In this document: positions 36,123 through 53,044 of the stretch, piece after piece
Numbering within the stretch: position 1 is the first letter of the stretch
Layout of the letters: the number at the start of each line of letters is the position of its first letter
IMG/VR virus record: IMGVR_UViG_3300021256_000100
Location: 4,177-68,176 of that record
Strand: one strand, 5' to 3'
From: a virus
Lineage: Duplodnaviria > Caudoviricetes
DNA length: 64,000 nucleotides
Notes under the pieces: generated by a model
Told to the model about the DNA's origin: nothing
The model's database searches: none
Seen by the model: only the letters and a program-made list of their open reading frames with translations
Made by a program: the position numbers and the translations under genes

Positions 36123-37040
36123 ATGGGAGATTTTTATGGCTTCACTTTTAAAGGGCACCATTCTGCCGACCTTAATATTGTACGTGTAAGTGATGGAAAT
36201 AGATATAATGATCTTTTAGTTCCTTCCTTTCAAGATAAAACCGTACAAATTCCCGGCGGAGATGGTACCTATTTTTTTGATTCTTTTTATACTGAAAGAA
36301 CTTTCTCTGTTAATATAGCATTTGATAGTATAACAGAAACCAATTTGCGCGAAATACGTAATATCTTTAGCGCAAGAAATATAGGAGAACTAATATTTGA
36401 TGAGGCGCCATATAAAGCTTATTGGGCAAAGGTGCAGTCGGCGCCGCAACTAACTTATCTTTGTTTCGATGAGAAAAGAGCGGGCAAAACAGTTAGAATT
36501 TATAAAGGCGAAGGAACCATTCAGTTTGTTTGTTATTATCCTTTCGCTCATTCAGTGCATAAATTCTTAAACGAGTACAGTGAAGCAAATAAAGAAGAAT
36601 GGAAAGCTGCTAGTGGGATGTTAGAAACGAATTCCTTTGAAAATAAGATTTTGGATGAGCCTTTCTTAGAAAATGGCACCTATAAAATTCGAGTCTATAA
36701 TCCTGGGGATATAGAAGCTGATTTCTGTCTTTATTTAGCTCTTAATGAAGGCACGAACGAATCTTTCACGGTGAGTTTGGGGCCGCGACAGTTACAATTT
36801 TCTGATATAGTAAAAGAAGAATCTAATACTGATAGCTACATTCGTATAAATACGAAAACAAATTTAGTAGAAGGGTGCAATGAGCACTACGAACCAACCG
36901 GTAGTTTATACAATTCTTATATAACTGCTGGAGATTTCTTTAAGATACCTAACAACATCTCTAGTACGGATACTTTGGATACAAATATCACTACGGAGGG
37001 GCGTGTTCATAAAATTGAATACAATTATTTCTATTATTAA
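36123..37040 (+). CDS. Distal tail protein (Dit-like)
   Basis: Follows TMP; FYGFTFKGHHS...IPGGDGTY...GELIFDEAPYKAY. Confidence 0.75.
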   Translation: MGDFYGFTFKGHHSADLNIVRVSDGNRYNDLLVPSFQDKTVQIPGGDGTYFFDSFYTERTFSVNIAFDSITETNLREIRNIFSARNIGELIFDEAPYKAYWAKVQSAPQLTYLCFDEKRAGKTVRIYKGEGTIQFVCYYPFAHSVHKFLNEYSEANKEEWKAASGMLETNSFENKILDEPFLENGTYKIRVYNPGDIEADFCLYLALNEGTNESFTVSLGPRQLQFSDIVKEESNTDSYIRINTKTNLVEGCNEHYEPTGSLYNSYITAGDFFKIPNNISSTDTLDTNITTEGRVHKIEYNYFYY

Positions 37041-37053
37041 GGAGGTGACATAA

Positions 37054-43719
<6,666 letters not shown>

Positions 43720-43727
43720 GGTGGAAC

Positions 43728-44342
43728 ATGAAGATACTTATCGCAGTTCCTACTTTTGAAACCATATACCCCGATACATTTAAAGCGATTTACGATCTCG
43801 ATAAAGGCGACCATGAAGTTATATTTGACTTTGTGCGAGGCTATGATTGCGCTACGGCAAGGAACAACATCGTTCAGAAAGCCAAAGCAGAGAATGCAGA
43901 CTATATTCTCATGGTAGACAACGATGTGACCTTGCCGAAAGATGCACTAATAAATCTTTTAGAAGGTTCAAACGACGTTTGTTTAGGAGCGTATCCACAA
44001 AGAAACGCGTACAACATGTACGAGGGCAAAGTTTGTTTGTACCATTTAGGTGAACACAACTACACCAATTTGTTTTCGGGTGAAGAGTTGCGAATACTCA
44101 GAGAAGCTGGCGAAAACAAAATAGAGATCCACGGCGGTGGTATGGGATGTGCGCTTATCAAGACGGAAATTTTTGATAGAATCGAATATCCCTGGTTTGA
44201 TTGGGTAAACTACAAAGACTTAGGAATTTTGTCAGAAGACTTATATTTCTGTGAACAATGTATGTATAACGGCATTACTATTTATGCGGACACAAGAGTT
44301 TTATGCGGTCATATGTTCCGACATCTTCAGGAGGTGGTGTAA
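43728..44342 (+). CDS. GT-A fold (family 2-like) glycosyltransferase
   Basis: ILIAVP, ARN, DND (DxD), GMGCALI, SEDLYFC motifs. Confidence 0.8.
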   Translation: MKILIAVPTFETIYPDTFKAIYDLDKGDHEVIFDFVRGYDCATARNNIVQKAKAENADYILMVDNDVTLPKDALINLLEGSNDVCLGAYPQRNAYNMYEGKVCLYHLGEHNYTNLFSGEELRILREAGENKIEIHGGGMGCALIKTEIFDRIEYPWFDWVNYKDLGILSEDLYFCEQCMYNGITIYADTRVLCGHMFRHLQEVV

Positions 44343-46241
44343 ATGGTGTCCCAGACAGGTAGTCTTGATTTCAAAGCTGCAAGGCAAGCTTATATTAAGG
44401 CATCCAGTGCGCAAGATGCCATCGATAACCTGGAAATCGGCGGGAGAAATCTAGTTCTTGGTACGTCTAGCGAATGGTATGCGTTTAATGTTTCTGATGG
44501 TGTAAATAAATGTTTGCCAGTATTTGGATATCCCAATCAGACAGGCGGATATTTAGAAGTACCAAGTATCCTAGGAATAAAAGCGGGAGACAGAATCCAA
44601 GTAAGTTTCGACATTAAATTTGGTGAAAATTGGGCGGCTACGGGAACTGGAACATCTCATAGCTACATGCAAGGTTCTGCTAATAACCCAAACAGTTGGG
44701 GAGGACTAAGTTACACAGCAAATGGTGGCGGTGGCAATCTGGAAACAGAACTTGTTGAAGCTATGTCGAGTAGCAACAAGACAGCCCACTTAAGCACATG
44801 GTTTGTCGTAGTTGGTCAGCATTTGGATGGAACATATACTGGACGTACTCATACCAACATACGATTTGATTACTATTCTGGTACGGCATATATCAAAAAT
44901 GTTATGGTAGAAAAAGCGTCTAAACCTAGCGCATGGTCTCCTGCTCCCGAAGACTTAGAAGCGTCAATCGAATCCGTAAACGAACGCTCGGTCGAGTATA
45001 TAGTAGGCACTCAAACAGCTGCTACTGGTTCTTGGACAGGAGTGACGACCGATTCTGAACTTAAGACAGGAAAGACAATCGCATACAAGCTTCCATATGC
45101 CGGTTCAGGTAATGCTTCTTTGACCCTGACTTTAGCGGGGGGCACGACCACTGCTGCTATTCCGGTATATTTAAGTAATACAAGAGTAACCACGCAGTTT
45201 CCAGCGAACTCTGTCATTCAGATGACGTATGACGGAAGCAATTGGAGAGCCACGGCGATTCCGGATAATAACACCTACGATAGAACGAGAGTAAACAATG
45301 CTTTTACTGCTGTATCAGCCATTACTGCTAATCATCTGATTTGTGGCACGGACTCAGGCTATCAGCATATTGCTGCTGGCGTGTCATTTGACATAGGGCA
45401 TCCGATTCTTTATGCCGTTTCTGCTATCGCAGCTAATGCGACAGGAACAAATAACTATCTGGCGTATCCGAGTGTCAATGCTTCTACGAGTGGAACGATA
45501 GAGTCCGGCGCTGCCAAAAAGACGTTATATTTGAAGGGTACGGTGTCGGCTTCAACTTTTACTGTTGCTAGTTCTCCTTTCATGACAACTGTTATTCCTA
45601 CAACGGAAGATGGGTATTTCTACATTCCACTTGGAGTAATGTATTCCACAACTCAGATATATTTCGAATCTTCTAATCGTCTGTATGCGTACGTAAACGG
45701 CTCATTCCAGGCGGTCGATGTTGCTGGTCAGATTCTGGCTATTCAATCCATCAATAGGTTGAACTCTTTGGAGCCTATCGTGGAACAGCACTCTGCTAAC
45801 TTCGATGTACTGGAAGACAGTATCATGAGCAATGTCGAGGCGAACTACACAAGAGCGGACGAATTCAATACTTATGTAGATAACCAGCAATCTTCGTTGA
45901 CACAGCTGTCAAATAGCATTACGGCGCAGTTTAATGAGTCACGGGAACTGATTAGTAGTGTTAATGGTGCTTTGGAGACTTACAAAGATGATATTTCTAA
46001 ATACATTAGATTCTCCGCTGAGGGAATTGAAATAGGAGAAGAGGGCAATGCTCTTACTCTTAAGATAGATAATGACGAGATCGGTTTCTACAAAGAGGGC
46101 GATCAGATTGCGTACTGGGATGGTTCCACGTTGTATACGGGCAATGCCTGGATCACGTTGGAAAGACAGTTTCGTATTGGTAATTTTGCAGCGATCCCTC
46201 GTTCGGACGGATCTGTATCATGGTTGAAGGTAGGTGAATAA
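44343..46241 (+). CDS. Tail fibre/host-specificity protein
   Basis: GGRNLV, KPSAWSPAPED motifs; siphoviral C-terminus. Confidence 0.7.
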   Translation: MVSQTGSLDFKAARQAYIKASSAQDAIDNLEIGGRNLVLGTSSEWYAFNVSDGVNKCLPVFGYPNQTGGYLEVPSILGIKAGDRIQVSFDIKFGENWAATGTGTSHSYMQGSANNPNSWGGLSYTANGGGGNLETELVEAMSSSNKTAHLSTWFVVVGQHLDGTYTGRTHTNIRFDYYSGTAYIKNVMVEKASKPSAWSPAPEDLEASIESVNERSVEYIVGTQTAATGSWTGVTTDSELKTGKTIAYKLPYAGSGNASLTLTLAGGTTTAAIPVYLSNTRVTTQFPANSVIQMTYDGSNWRATAIPDNNTYDRTRVNNAFTAVSAITANHLICGTDSGYQHIAAGVSFDIGHPILYAVSAIAANATGTNNYLAYPSVNASTSGTIESGAAKKTLYLKGTVSASTFTVASSPFMTTVIPTTEDGYFYIPLGVMYSTTQIYFESSNRLYAYVNGSFQAVDVAGQILAIQSINRLNSLEPIVEQHSANFDVLEDSIMSNVEANYTRADEFNTYVDNQQSSLTQLSNSITAQFNESRELISSVNGALETYKDDISKYIRFSAEGIEIGEEGNALTLKIDNDEIGFYKEGDQIAYWDGSTLYTGNAWITLERQFRIGNFAAIPRSDGSVSWLKVGE

Positions 46242-46243
46242 GT

Positions 46244-48298
46244 ATGGCATCTTGTAGTGCAAATGGCTCGAATGGGCATCATAAAATTACACTAAATGTG
46301 ACACAGGGTTCACAGAGTACCGCTAATAATACGACAACCATTAACTATAGTGTTGTACTTTCTCCCCTGGATGACGGATGGGATTGGCGCTATAACAACT
46401 CTGACCCGTTTACATGTTCTTACACGATCAACGGTACAACACGAACCTGTACGTTAAGAGTGTATGATGGCAGTTCTACAGTTACGCTTGCTTCCGGCTC
46501 TCAGACTGTATCGCATAATTCAGATGGTACAAAGAAGGTAAGCTTTAGCTTCTCTGTTACGTCTCAGAGCGCATCATATTTGATTGGTAATTGTAGCGCA
46601 AGTGGCTCTATCACGCTTACTACGATTCCAAGAGCATCAACATTCACTGCCTCGAATGGCACGTTGGGAACTTCTCAGACCTTCACTGTAACACGAGCGT
46701 CCACAAGCTTTACCCATACTCTTACCTATAAGGTCGGTTCTAAAACAGGAACGATTGGTTCTGCGAAAACCACAGGGAATCTCACCTGGGAACCTCCGAC
46801 TTCATTGGCTTCTCAGAATACGACCGGATCAAGCTTGTCGTGTACCCTTACGCTTACCACATATAGCGGAAGCACAAGTATCGGCACATCGAGCAAAACA
46901 ATTACTCTAACAATTCCGGCCGGCAATCCATCATTTACTTTAGGTACATCGGATACCAAGGGATATCTTTCAACCTATAGCGGATATATCAAAACAAAGT
47001 CCGTTATACGAACCTCCCTTACAAGCGTTTCATGTACCTATAGCGCATCCGTCAAGTCTTATTCTGTAACATACAGAAAGACAAACGCATCAGGTGCTTC
47101 GTTGGCAACCGGATCTACCGCCACTACAGATTGGACTCCAAACTGGGCAGGAACGGTGCATATTACGGCGAGGATTACCGATTCCAGAGGAAGATATACT
47201 GAAAAAACCACAACGGTAACTGTATTGGATTATGCTAATCCGGTCATCAATACGCTTACCGTTGGAAGATATTCTGATTCCGCTGGAACCACCAAGGACG
47301 ATGCCGGAGAGTATGCGAAAATAACATACTCCGGAACCTACACATCTTTGTCAAACAAAAACTCTGCTAACATTACCATCAAATACAAGAAGCACTCCGA
47401 TTCAACCTGGGCTACGGCAGTAAATGCCTCGACTACTTTGTCTGGCAGCACTCCTGCGTTCGCAGCAAATGCCGGTTCTACTTACGATGTTATTGCCGAG
47501 ATCAAGGATAATTTCAACACCACCGCAATTACCAAAACCGCAACAATTTCTACTGCGGCTGTTCTAATGCACTGGAGGGCGGATGGAAATGGTATTGCGT
47601 TTGGAAAGATGGCGGAGACTTATGATGCTATGGAAGTTGGTTATTCGTGGATATACATGAAGAGAAACTCAGAGCCTGCTTTAGTAATGCACAGAACGGA
47701 TACAGATAACATGGGCGGCATGTATCTGTGGAAAAGCTCTGACGGAACAAACCCGGCGTTTGCGTTTCGGTTTAAGGCGGCAGGGGAATCAGATTGGACT
47801 TATTCGGCAGCCATAACGAAAGACCTTATTCGCCCTTACGCAAATAAACAAACGTCTCTTGGCACATCGAGTTTGCAGTGGAAGAATATATATGGCGAGA
47901 CAATTTACGAAAATGGAACAAGTCTTGCAAATAAATACCACCCTAAAATGGAGCTTACCAATTTAGGATCTACGTCAAGTAAGGCCGTTGCTAACAACAC
48001 GTGGGTCACCGTTCAAACCAATACCTTTACTGAAGCTGGTACTTATCTTATTATCGCTTGGGCCGATTGGACTTCTAGTTTTAATAATCAAACTAATTTT
48101 AGACTTCGTTTGTCGCGCTCAGGGGACTCGTCAGTGGCAGACCGTACGGTAAGGTTTAATGCGTCTAGCGGCGGAGGTGCCGTTAACGCTGTGTTCTGGT
48201 CTGTTTCTGCCAATGACGTCTTGAACATGGACGCATGGCAGGCGTCTGGGTCATCAAAGAACGCCCACACAGCGGGGCATTGGTTAAAGATTGGCTAA
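46244..48298 (+). CDS. Siphovirus minor tail protein (DUF859-like)
   Basis: S/T-rich; LTTIPRAS and ITDSRGR motifs. Confidence 0.7.
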   Translation: MASCSANGSNGHHKITLNVTQGSQSTANNTTTINYSVVLSPLDDGWDWRYNNSDPFTCSYTINGTTRTCTLRVYDGSSTVTLASGSQTVSHNSDGTKKVSFSFSVTSQSASYLIGNCSASGSITLTTIPRASTFTASNGTLGTSQTFTVTRASTSFTHTLTYKVGSKTGTIGSAKTTGNLTWEPPTSLASQNTTGSSLSCTLTLTTYSGSTSIGTSSKTITLTIPAGNPSFTLGTSDTKGYLSTYSGYIKTKSVIRTSLTSVSCTYSASVKSYSVTYRKTNASGASLATGSTATTDWTPNWAGTVHITARITDSRGRYTEKTTTVTVLDYANPVINTLTVGRYSDSAGTTKDDAGEYAKITYSGTYTSLSNKNSANITIKYKKHSDSTWATAVNASTTLSGSTPAFAANAGSTYDVIAEIKDNFNTTAITKTATISTAAVLMHWRADGNGIAFGKMAETYDAMEVGYSWIYMKRNSEPALVMHRTDTDNMGGMYLWKSSDGTNPAFAFRFKAAGESDWTYSAAITKDLIRPYANKQTSLGTSSLQWKNIYGETIYENGTSLANKYHPKMELTNLGSTSSKAVANNTWVTVQTNTFTEAGTYLIIAWADWTSSFNNQTNFRLRLSRSGDSSVADRTVRFNASSGGGAVNAVFWSVSANDVLNMDAWQASGSSKNAHTAGHWLKIG

Positions 48299-48336
48299 GA
48301 ATCATATATAGATATAAGGAATGAAAGGTATATTTT

Positions 48337-48609
48337 ATGAGCAAGATTAATACTAACACTGTGAGACTTTACAATGACATTATTTCTTTTATTGAGAATT
48401 GCGAACTGCCAGCGATTAATGTTGAACTGGTAATTGAAAAGATTCATAGGGAAATACATGACATTGTTGAGAAAGAAGTGGAGAGGGAATCAAAAGAAGA
48501 GGCGTCTCAAAACGCCTCCTCCCCTCTTGATATAATGAATGGGGAGCCAATGATGACTCCATCCGAAGAAACAAACGAAAATTCCGAAGAAAATCAAGGC
48601 GTCGCCTGA
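48337..48609 (+). CDS. Hypothetical protein
   Basis: ORF with AAGG RBS. Confidence 0.55.
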   Translation: MSKINTNTVRLYNDIISFIENCELPAINVELVIEKIHREIHDIVEKEVERESKEEASQNASSPLDIMNGEPMMTPSEETNENSEENQGVA

Positions 48610-48622
48610 GGAGATGATTTTT

Positions 48623-48715
48623 ATGAAAGATGAACGTGAAAACATTAACGTTGAAGAAGAGACAAATGAAGAAATGCTGAAAGAACTCAGCAACAACAAG
48701 GGAGATGAAGAATAA
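48623..48715 (+). CDS. 30-aa acidic micro-ORF coupled to the endolysin
   Basis: GAGGAG RBS; TAATG overlap with endolysin start. Confidence 0.45.
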   Translation: MKDERENINVEEETNEEMLKELSNNKGDEE

Positions 48716-49794
48716 TGGTAACTTATACTAATTCCAAACTTGTTTCTTATACAAGACTTAGCCCGAATCATTCGGGTCAGAGAACGCAGAACATCTATAT
48801 GATCGCTCCGCACTGTGTTGTTGGTCAGGCGTCTGTTGAAACTCTCGGCAATATCTTTGCGCCGACATCTCGTCAGGCATCTTGTAACTATGGTATTGGT
48901 GCAGACGGCCGCGTAGGCATGTACTGCGAGGAAAAGAACCGCAGTTGGTGTACGAGCTCTAACTGGGTCGATCAACGTGCCGTTACTATCGAATGCGCCA
49001 GTGACGCCAAATCTCCGTATGCTTTTAATAACACTGTATACAATAAGCTTATTGACCTTTGCGTAGATATCTGCAAGCGCAATGGAAAGAACAAGGTTCT
49101 GTGGCTTGGATCTCGCGCGAAGACCGAGGCGTATAAGCCGAAGTCCAACGAGATGTTATTCGTTGTGCATAGATGGTATGCAAATAAGAGTTGTCCTGGC
49201 GATTGGCTGATGGCGAGAATGGATGATTTGACCAAGAGAGTCAATGCCAAGCTTGGCACTACTACTGCTCCGGCTGTATCTCAGTCTACCACGACCGCCG
49301 CTCAGAATAAGAGTTTCCCCTCTACTCCGTTCTTGGTTCAGGTCCTTGTCTCTGACCTTAACATCCGCAAGGGTGCTGGCACTAATTATGCCTCCGTCGG
49401 TCATACTGGCAAGGGCGAGTTCACTATTACTAAGGTAAGTAACGGTTGGGGCTACCTCAAGTCTGGAGCTGGTTGGATCTATCTTGGCAACGCTTCTTAT
49501 GTCAAGATTGGCAAAACCGTTGCTTCATCCACATCCGGCTATAGTCCCAGTAAGGTTGCGGACGCCAAGGGCAAGAACAGCGCATACAATGGTAAGTATA
49601 CTACTACTGCCGACTTGAATCTGCGTTATGCTCCAAACGGCGAGATCATTACTGTTATGCCGAAAGGTACTACTGTATATAACTATGGTTGGTATACCCA
49701 GGATGGCAACACAATTTGGTTGTCAGTTCAAGCGACCGTTAAAGGTAAGTCTTATACTGGCTACTGTGGTAAAGGATATCTTAAGAAAATCTGA
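48715..49794 (+). CDS. Endolysin: Amidase_2 domain plus SH3-like cell-wall-binding domains
   Basis: IAPHCVVG, TIECA, VHRWYANKSCPG; two LNIRKG/LNLRY SH3-type repeats. Confidence 0.88.
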   Translation: MVTYTNSKLVSYTRLSPNHSGQRTQNIYMIAPHCVVGQASVETLGNIFAPTSRQASCNYGIGADGRVGMYCEEKNRSWCTSSNWVDQRAVTIECASDAKSPYAFNNTVYNKLIDLCVDICKRNGKNKVLWLGSRAKTEAYKPKSNEMLFVVHRWYANKSCPGDWLMARMDDLTKRVNAKLGTTTAPAVSQSTTTAAQNKSFPSTPFLVQVLVSDLNIRKGAGTNYASVGHTGKGEFTITKVSNGWGYLKSGAGWIYLGNASYVKIGKTVASSTSGYSPSKVADAKGKNSAYNGKYTTTADLNLRYAPNGEIITVMPKGTTVYNYGWYTQDGNTIWLSVQATVKGKSYTGYCGKGYLKKI

Positions 49795-49865
49795 TTATTG
49801 GCCCCGGTAGGGTTATACTCTGCCCTATCGGGACTTTTATTAAATAAATATGTGAGGTGAAAGAC

Positions 49866-50174
49866 ATGAAAATTATTAGAGGCACTACACCGACGTTTGT
49901 GTTCACCTTCAAAACTGTGTCTCCCTCTGACATCACTAGTGCGTTTCTTGTCGTTAAGCAGTTAGGAAAGATAAGGATTTCCAAAGATATTTCTGCTGCA
50001 ACTATTGAGGAGAATTCAATCGAATGGACGATTACGCAAGACGAATCACTCACTCTTTCTATTGGCAGACCCACAGAGATACACTGCGACTGGGTAGCGA
50101 ACGACGGAACTCGTGGGCATAGCGTTCCGGCGCTCTGCGATGTGTTTCCAGGCGGGAAAGAAGAGGTGATTTAA
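49866..50174 (+). CDS. BppU N-terminal-like baseplate protein
   Basis: IIRGTTPTFVF motif. Confidence 0.5.
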   Translation: MKIIRGTTPTFVFTFKTVSPSDITSAFLVVKQLGKIRISKDISAATIEENSIEWTITQDESLTLSIGRPTEIHCDWVANDGTRGHSVPALCDVFPGGKEEVI

Positions 50175-50398
50175 TGCGCAAAGAAGATTACGAGACCGTT
50201 GTAATTGACGGAGAATTCAACCTCAAAAATGTAATCGACGGAGAAGTGTATGAAGTCCAAAAGGTGTCAAAAAACTATGAGGTTCTTATCAACAAACCTC
50301 AGATTAATTCTGTTGAATTAATAGGCAATAAGACATTCGAGGAGTTGGGTTTAGTCGAACTCGATGGCGATGATCTTATAAGAATTCTTAAGGATTAA
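50174..50398 (+). CDS. Hypothetical virion-associated protein
   Basis: LINKPQINSVELIGNKTFEELG motif; coupled start. Confidence 0.55.
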   Translation: MRKEDYETVVIDGEFNLKNVIDGEVYEVQKVSKNYEVLINKPQINSVELIGNKTFEELGLVELDGDDLIRILKD

Positions 50399-50411
50399 GG
50401 AGATATAAATT

Positions 50412-50972
50412 ATGGCTGAAAAGAAATATTTAGGCTCAACTTCGTTGGCTCTTCTTTGGGAAAAGATTAAAAACAAGCTCAATACGAAGGTTGACAAGGT
50501 TGATGGTAAAGGCCTTTCATCTAATGACTATACGTCTGATGAAAAGACAAAATTGGCTAATATTGCTTCCGGCGCGCAAGTAAACGCTCTTGAAGGAATT
50601 CTAAAGAACGGTGATACGGTACCGATTACAAACAAGATTGCTAATATTTCGGTTCCTACTAAGCTGTCGGATCTTACGAACGACAGCGGGTTTCAGACGG
50701 CTACTCAAGTTAGTACTGCGATTTCAGAAGCGGTTGCTGATATTACATCGTTTGAATTTGAGGTTGTCCAGTCTTTACCTGCAACAGGACAAGCAGGAAT
50801 CATTTATCTTGTTGCGCATTCTCACGGAGCCGGGGACGCATATGACGAATATATTTGGACTGGCTCAACATTTGAGAAGATTGGAAATACAGATGTTGAT
50901 TTATCGGGGTATCAGCTTTCATCTGAGTTGAAAGAGATTACAACCGCAGAAGTTGACGAGATTTGCGTATAA
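50412..50972 (+). CDS. Head/tail fibre-like protein
   Basis: KVDKVDGKGLSSNDYT, PTKLSDLTNDSGF repeats. Confidence 0.62.
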   Translation: MAEKKYLGSTSLALLWEKIKNKLNTKVDKVDGKGLSSNDYTSDEKTKLANIASGAQVNALEGILKNGDTVPITNKIANISVPTKLSDLTNDSGFQTATQVSTAISEAVADITSFEFEVVQSLPATGQAGIIYLVAHSHGAGDAYDEYIWTGSTFEKIGNTDVDLSGYQLSSELKEITTAEVDEICV

Positions 50973-50981
50973 GGAGGTGAA

Positions 50982-51209
50982 ATGATGGCAACAAAAAAAT
51001 ATGCAAGTATTACTGCCATCTCTGAACTTTGGGCAAAAGTAAAAGCAATCGTTCCAACAAAGACCTCTGACCTTACCAATGATAGTGGATACGTCACAGC
51101 GAATACGACATACACAATATCGATGAGCGGAAACAGGATATCGTTAAATCCAAGCACAGGAACAGGAACGTACATTGACCTTCCTGTGTACGATGGGAGC
51201 GTGACCTAA
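50982..51209 (+). CDS. Small fibre-like protein related to upstream gene
   Basis: LWAKVK and PTKTSDLTNDSGY shared with 50412-50972. Confidence 0.6.
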   Translation: MMATKKYASITAISELWAKVKAIVPTKTSDLTNDSGYVTANTTYTISMSGNRISLNPSTGTGTYIDLPVYDGSVT

Positions 51210-52783
51210 TGAGTTCAACAGTTACATATAAAGGAAATACACTCACGACAGTTGATAATCAAACGAGAGTTTTAAGCACAAAGGGCAAGTATCTTGAGGA
51301 TGATATTACTATCGTTGATGTTAGTGGTGGCGGTGGTGGTAGTTCTTCTGCTGAGAAAAAGCAAGTCAACTTTATTGATTATGATAGCACAATCCTGTAC
51401 TCCTACACAGCAGAAGAAGCACAGGCTTTAACCGAATTGCCAGCAAATCCGTCTCATAGTGGACTTATCGCACAAGGATGGAACTGGAGCTTGGAGAATA
51501 TTAAGTCTCAACTTACAAATGTCGGTGGTGATGTTTGGGTAGGACAGATGTATGAGACGGAGAGCGGAAAGACGGAGATTGACATTAACGCCGACAATCC
51601 TGATTTCCTGAGTCCGTATTTGGCGATTTGTCCGAGTGGTGCTTGCACTATTGATTGGGGCGATGGGACTGCTACAGATACTGTCACAGGGACATCGTAT
51701 ACTGCGCTTAAGTATACGCCTCATGTATATGCAACAACTGGGCGATATACGATCAGTATTGATGGACCGATGGGGTTTTATTGCAACTCCAGCAGTTATA
51801 GCGCACTATTAATGGACAAAGCATCTCTGTCAAGTAGAAGAACCTATTCCCAATATGTTGAGGCAATACGATGTGCGGATGAGACCAAGATAGCGCAATA
51901 TGCGTTTCAGAATTGTTATGCGCTTCAATCAATCACTATACCTGATGGCGTGACAAGCATAGGAAGCAATGCGTTCGGCAACTGTTATGCGCTCCAATCT
52001 GTTACTATACCCGATGGAGTGACGAGCATAGAGAACAGTGCGTTCAACAAATGTTGCTCCATTAAGTCTATCAGCATACCAAATGGGGTCACGAATATAC
52101 ATACCGGTGTGTTCAACAACTGTTACTCCCTTCAATCTATTACTATTCCTGATTGGGTTACAAGTATAGAGGATAATACGTTCTCTTACTGTTATGCTCT
52201 TCAGTCCATCACTATACCAGATGGAGTGACAAGCATAGGGGCCAGTGCGTTCTATTCTTGTTATGCGCTTCAATCAATCACTATACCTGATGGAGTGAAG
52301 AGGATAGGAAGTAGTACGTTCCAGAACTGTTATACTCTTCAATCAATCACAATTCCTAATGGAGTTACGAGCATAGGGAGTAATGCGTTCCTCAACTGTT
52401 ATGCTCTTCAATCAATCACAATTCCTAATGGAGTTACGAGCATAGGGAGCTATGCGTTCAGCTACTGTTCTGCGCTTCAATCAGTCACTATACCTAATGG
52501 AGTGACAAGCATAGGGACACAGGCGTTTATTGATTGCTACGCCCTCCAATCTGTTACTATACCTGATAGCGTGACAAGGATAGGAAACAATGCGTTCCAG
52601 AGATGCTATTCCATCATGGAATACCATCTTCTCCCAACGACACCGCCGACTCTTGCAAACACAAGCGCTTTTGCTAACATTGTCGCAGGAACTATCATCT
52701 ATGTCCCTCAAGGCTCTCTCGAAGCATACAAGACTGCGACAAATTGGTCTACATACGCATCTTATATGCAGGAGGAACCATAA
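51209..52783 (+). CDS. BspA-type leucine-rich-repeat (LRR_5) protein A
   Basis: About 11 repeats of [22 protein letters not shown]. Confidence 0.9.
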   Translation: MSSTVTYKGNTLTTVDNQTRVLSTKGKYLEDDITIVDVSGGGGGSSSAEKKQVNFIDYDSTILYSYTAEEAQALTELPANPSHSGLIAQGWNWSLENIKSQLTNVGGDVWVGQMYETESGKTEIDINADNPDFLSPYLAICPSGACTIDWGDGTATDTVTGTSYTALKYTPHVYATTGRYTISIDGPMGFYCNSSSYSALLMDKASLSSRRTYSQYVEAIRCADETKIAQYAFQNCYALQSITIPDGVTSIGSNAFGNCYALQSVTIPDGVTSIENSAFNKCCSIKSISIPNGVTNIHTGVFNNCYSLQSITIPDWVTSIEDNTFSYCYALQSITIPDGVTSIGASAFYSCYALQSITIPDGVKRIGSSTFQNCYTLQSITIPNGVTSIGSNAFLNCYALQSITIPNGVTSIGSYAFSYCSALQSVTIPNGVTSIGTQAFIDCYALQSVTIPDSVTRIGNNAFQRCYSIMEYHLLPTTPPTLANTSAFANIVAGTIIYVPQGSLEAYKTATNWSTYASYMQEEP

Positions 52784-52977
52784 TGATCAAAACAGAAAAC
52801 TACACAAGAAATGACGGCGTAATCCTCATCCGCACCTATTCCGACGAAGACTACATGATTCGCCAAAATGAAACTGGTGCTTTATATTGTGAGGCCGTTG
52901 ATCCGCAGAACTCAGGCAGAACCTATGAGGAGACGGACATAAAAATAGAATTTGAAGAAAACGAGGTGGTCGAATAA
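52783..52977 (+). CDS. Small hypothetical protein
   Basis: GGAGG RBS, TAATG overlap. Confidence 0.6.
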   Translation: MIKTENYTRNDGVILIRTYSDEDYMIRQNETGALYCEAVDPQNSGRTYEETDIKIEFEENEVVE

Positions 52978-53044
52978 TGGTAGTAGCAAAAGTAACGCTT
53001 TATCAACAATTCTATTACAATAAATATTATGAGGAGGATTTATT

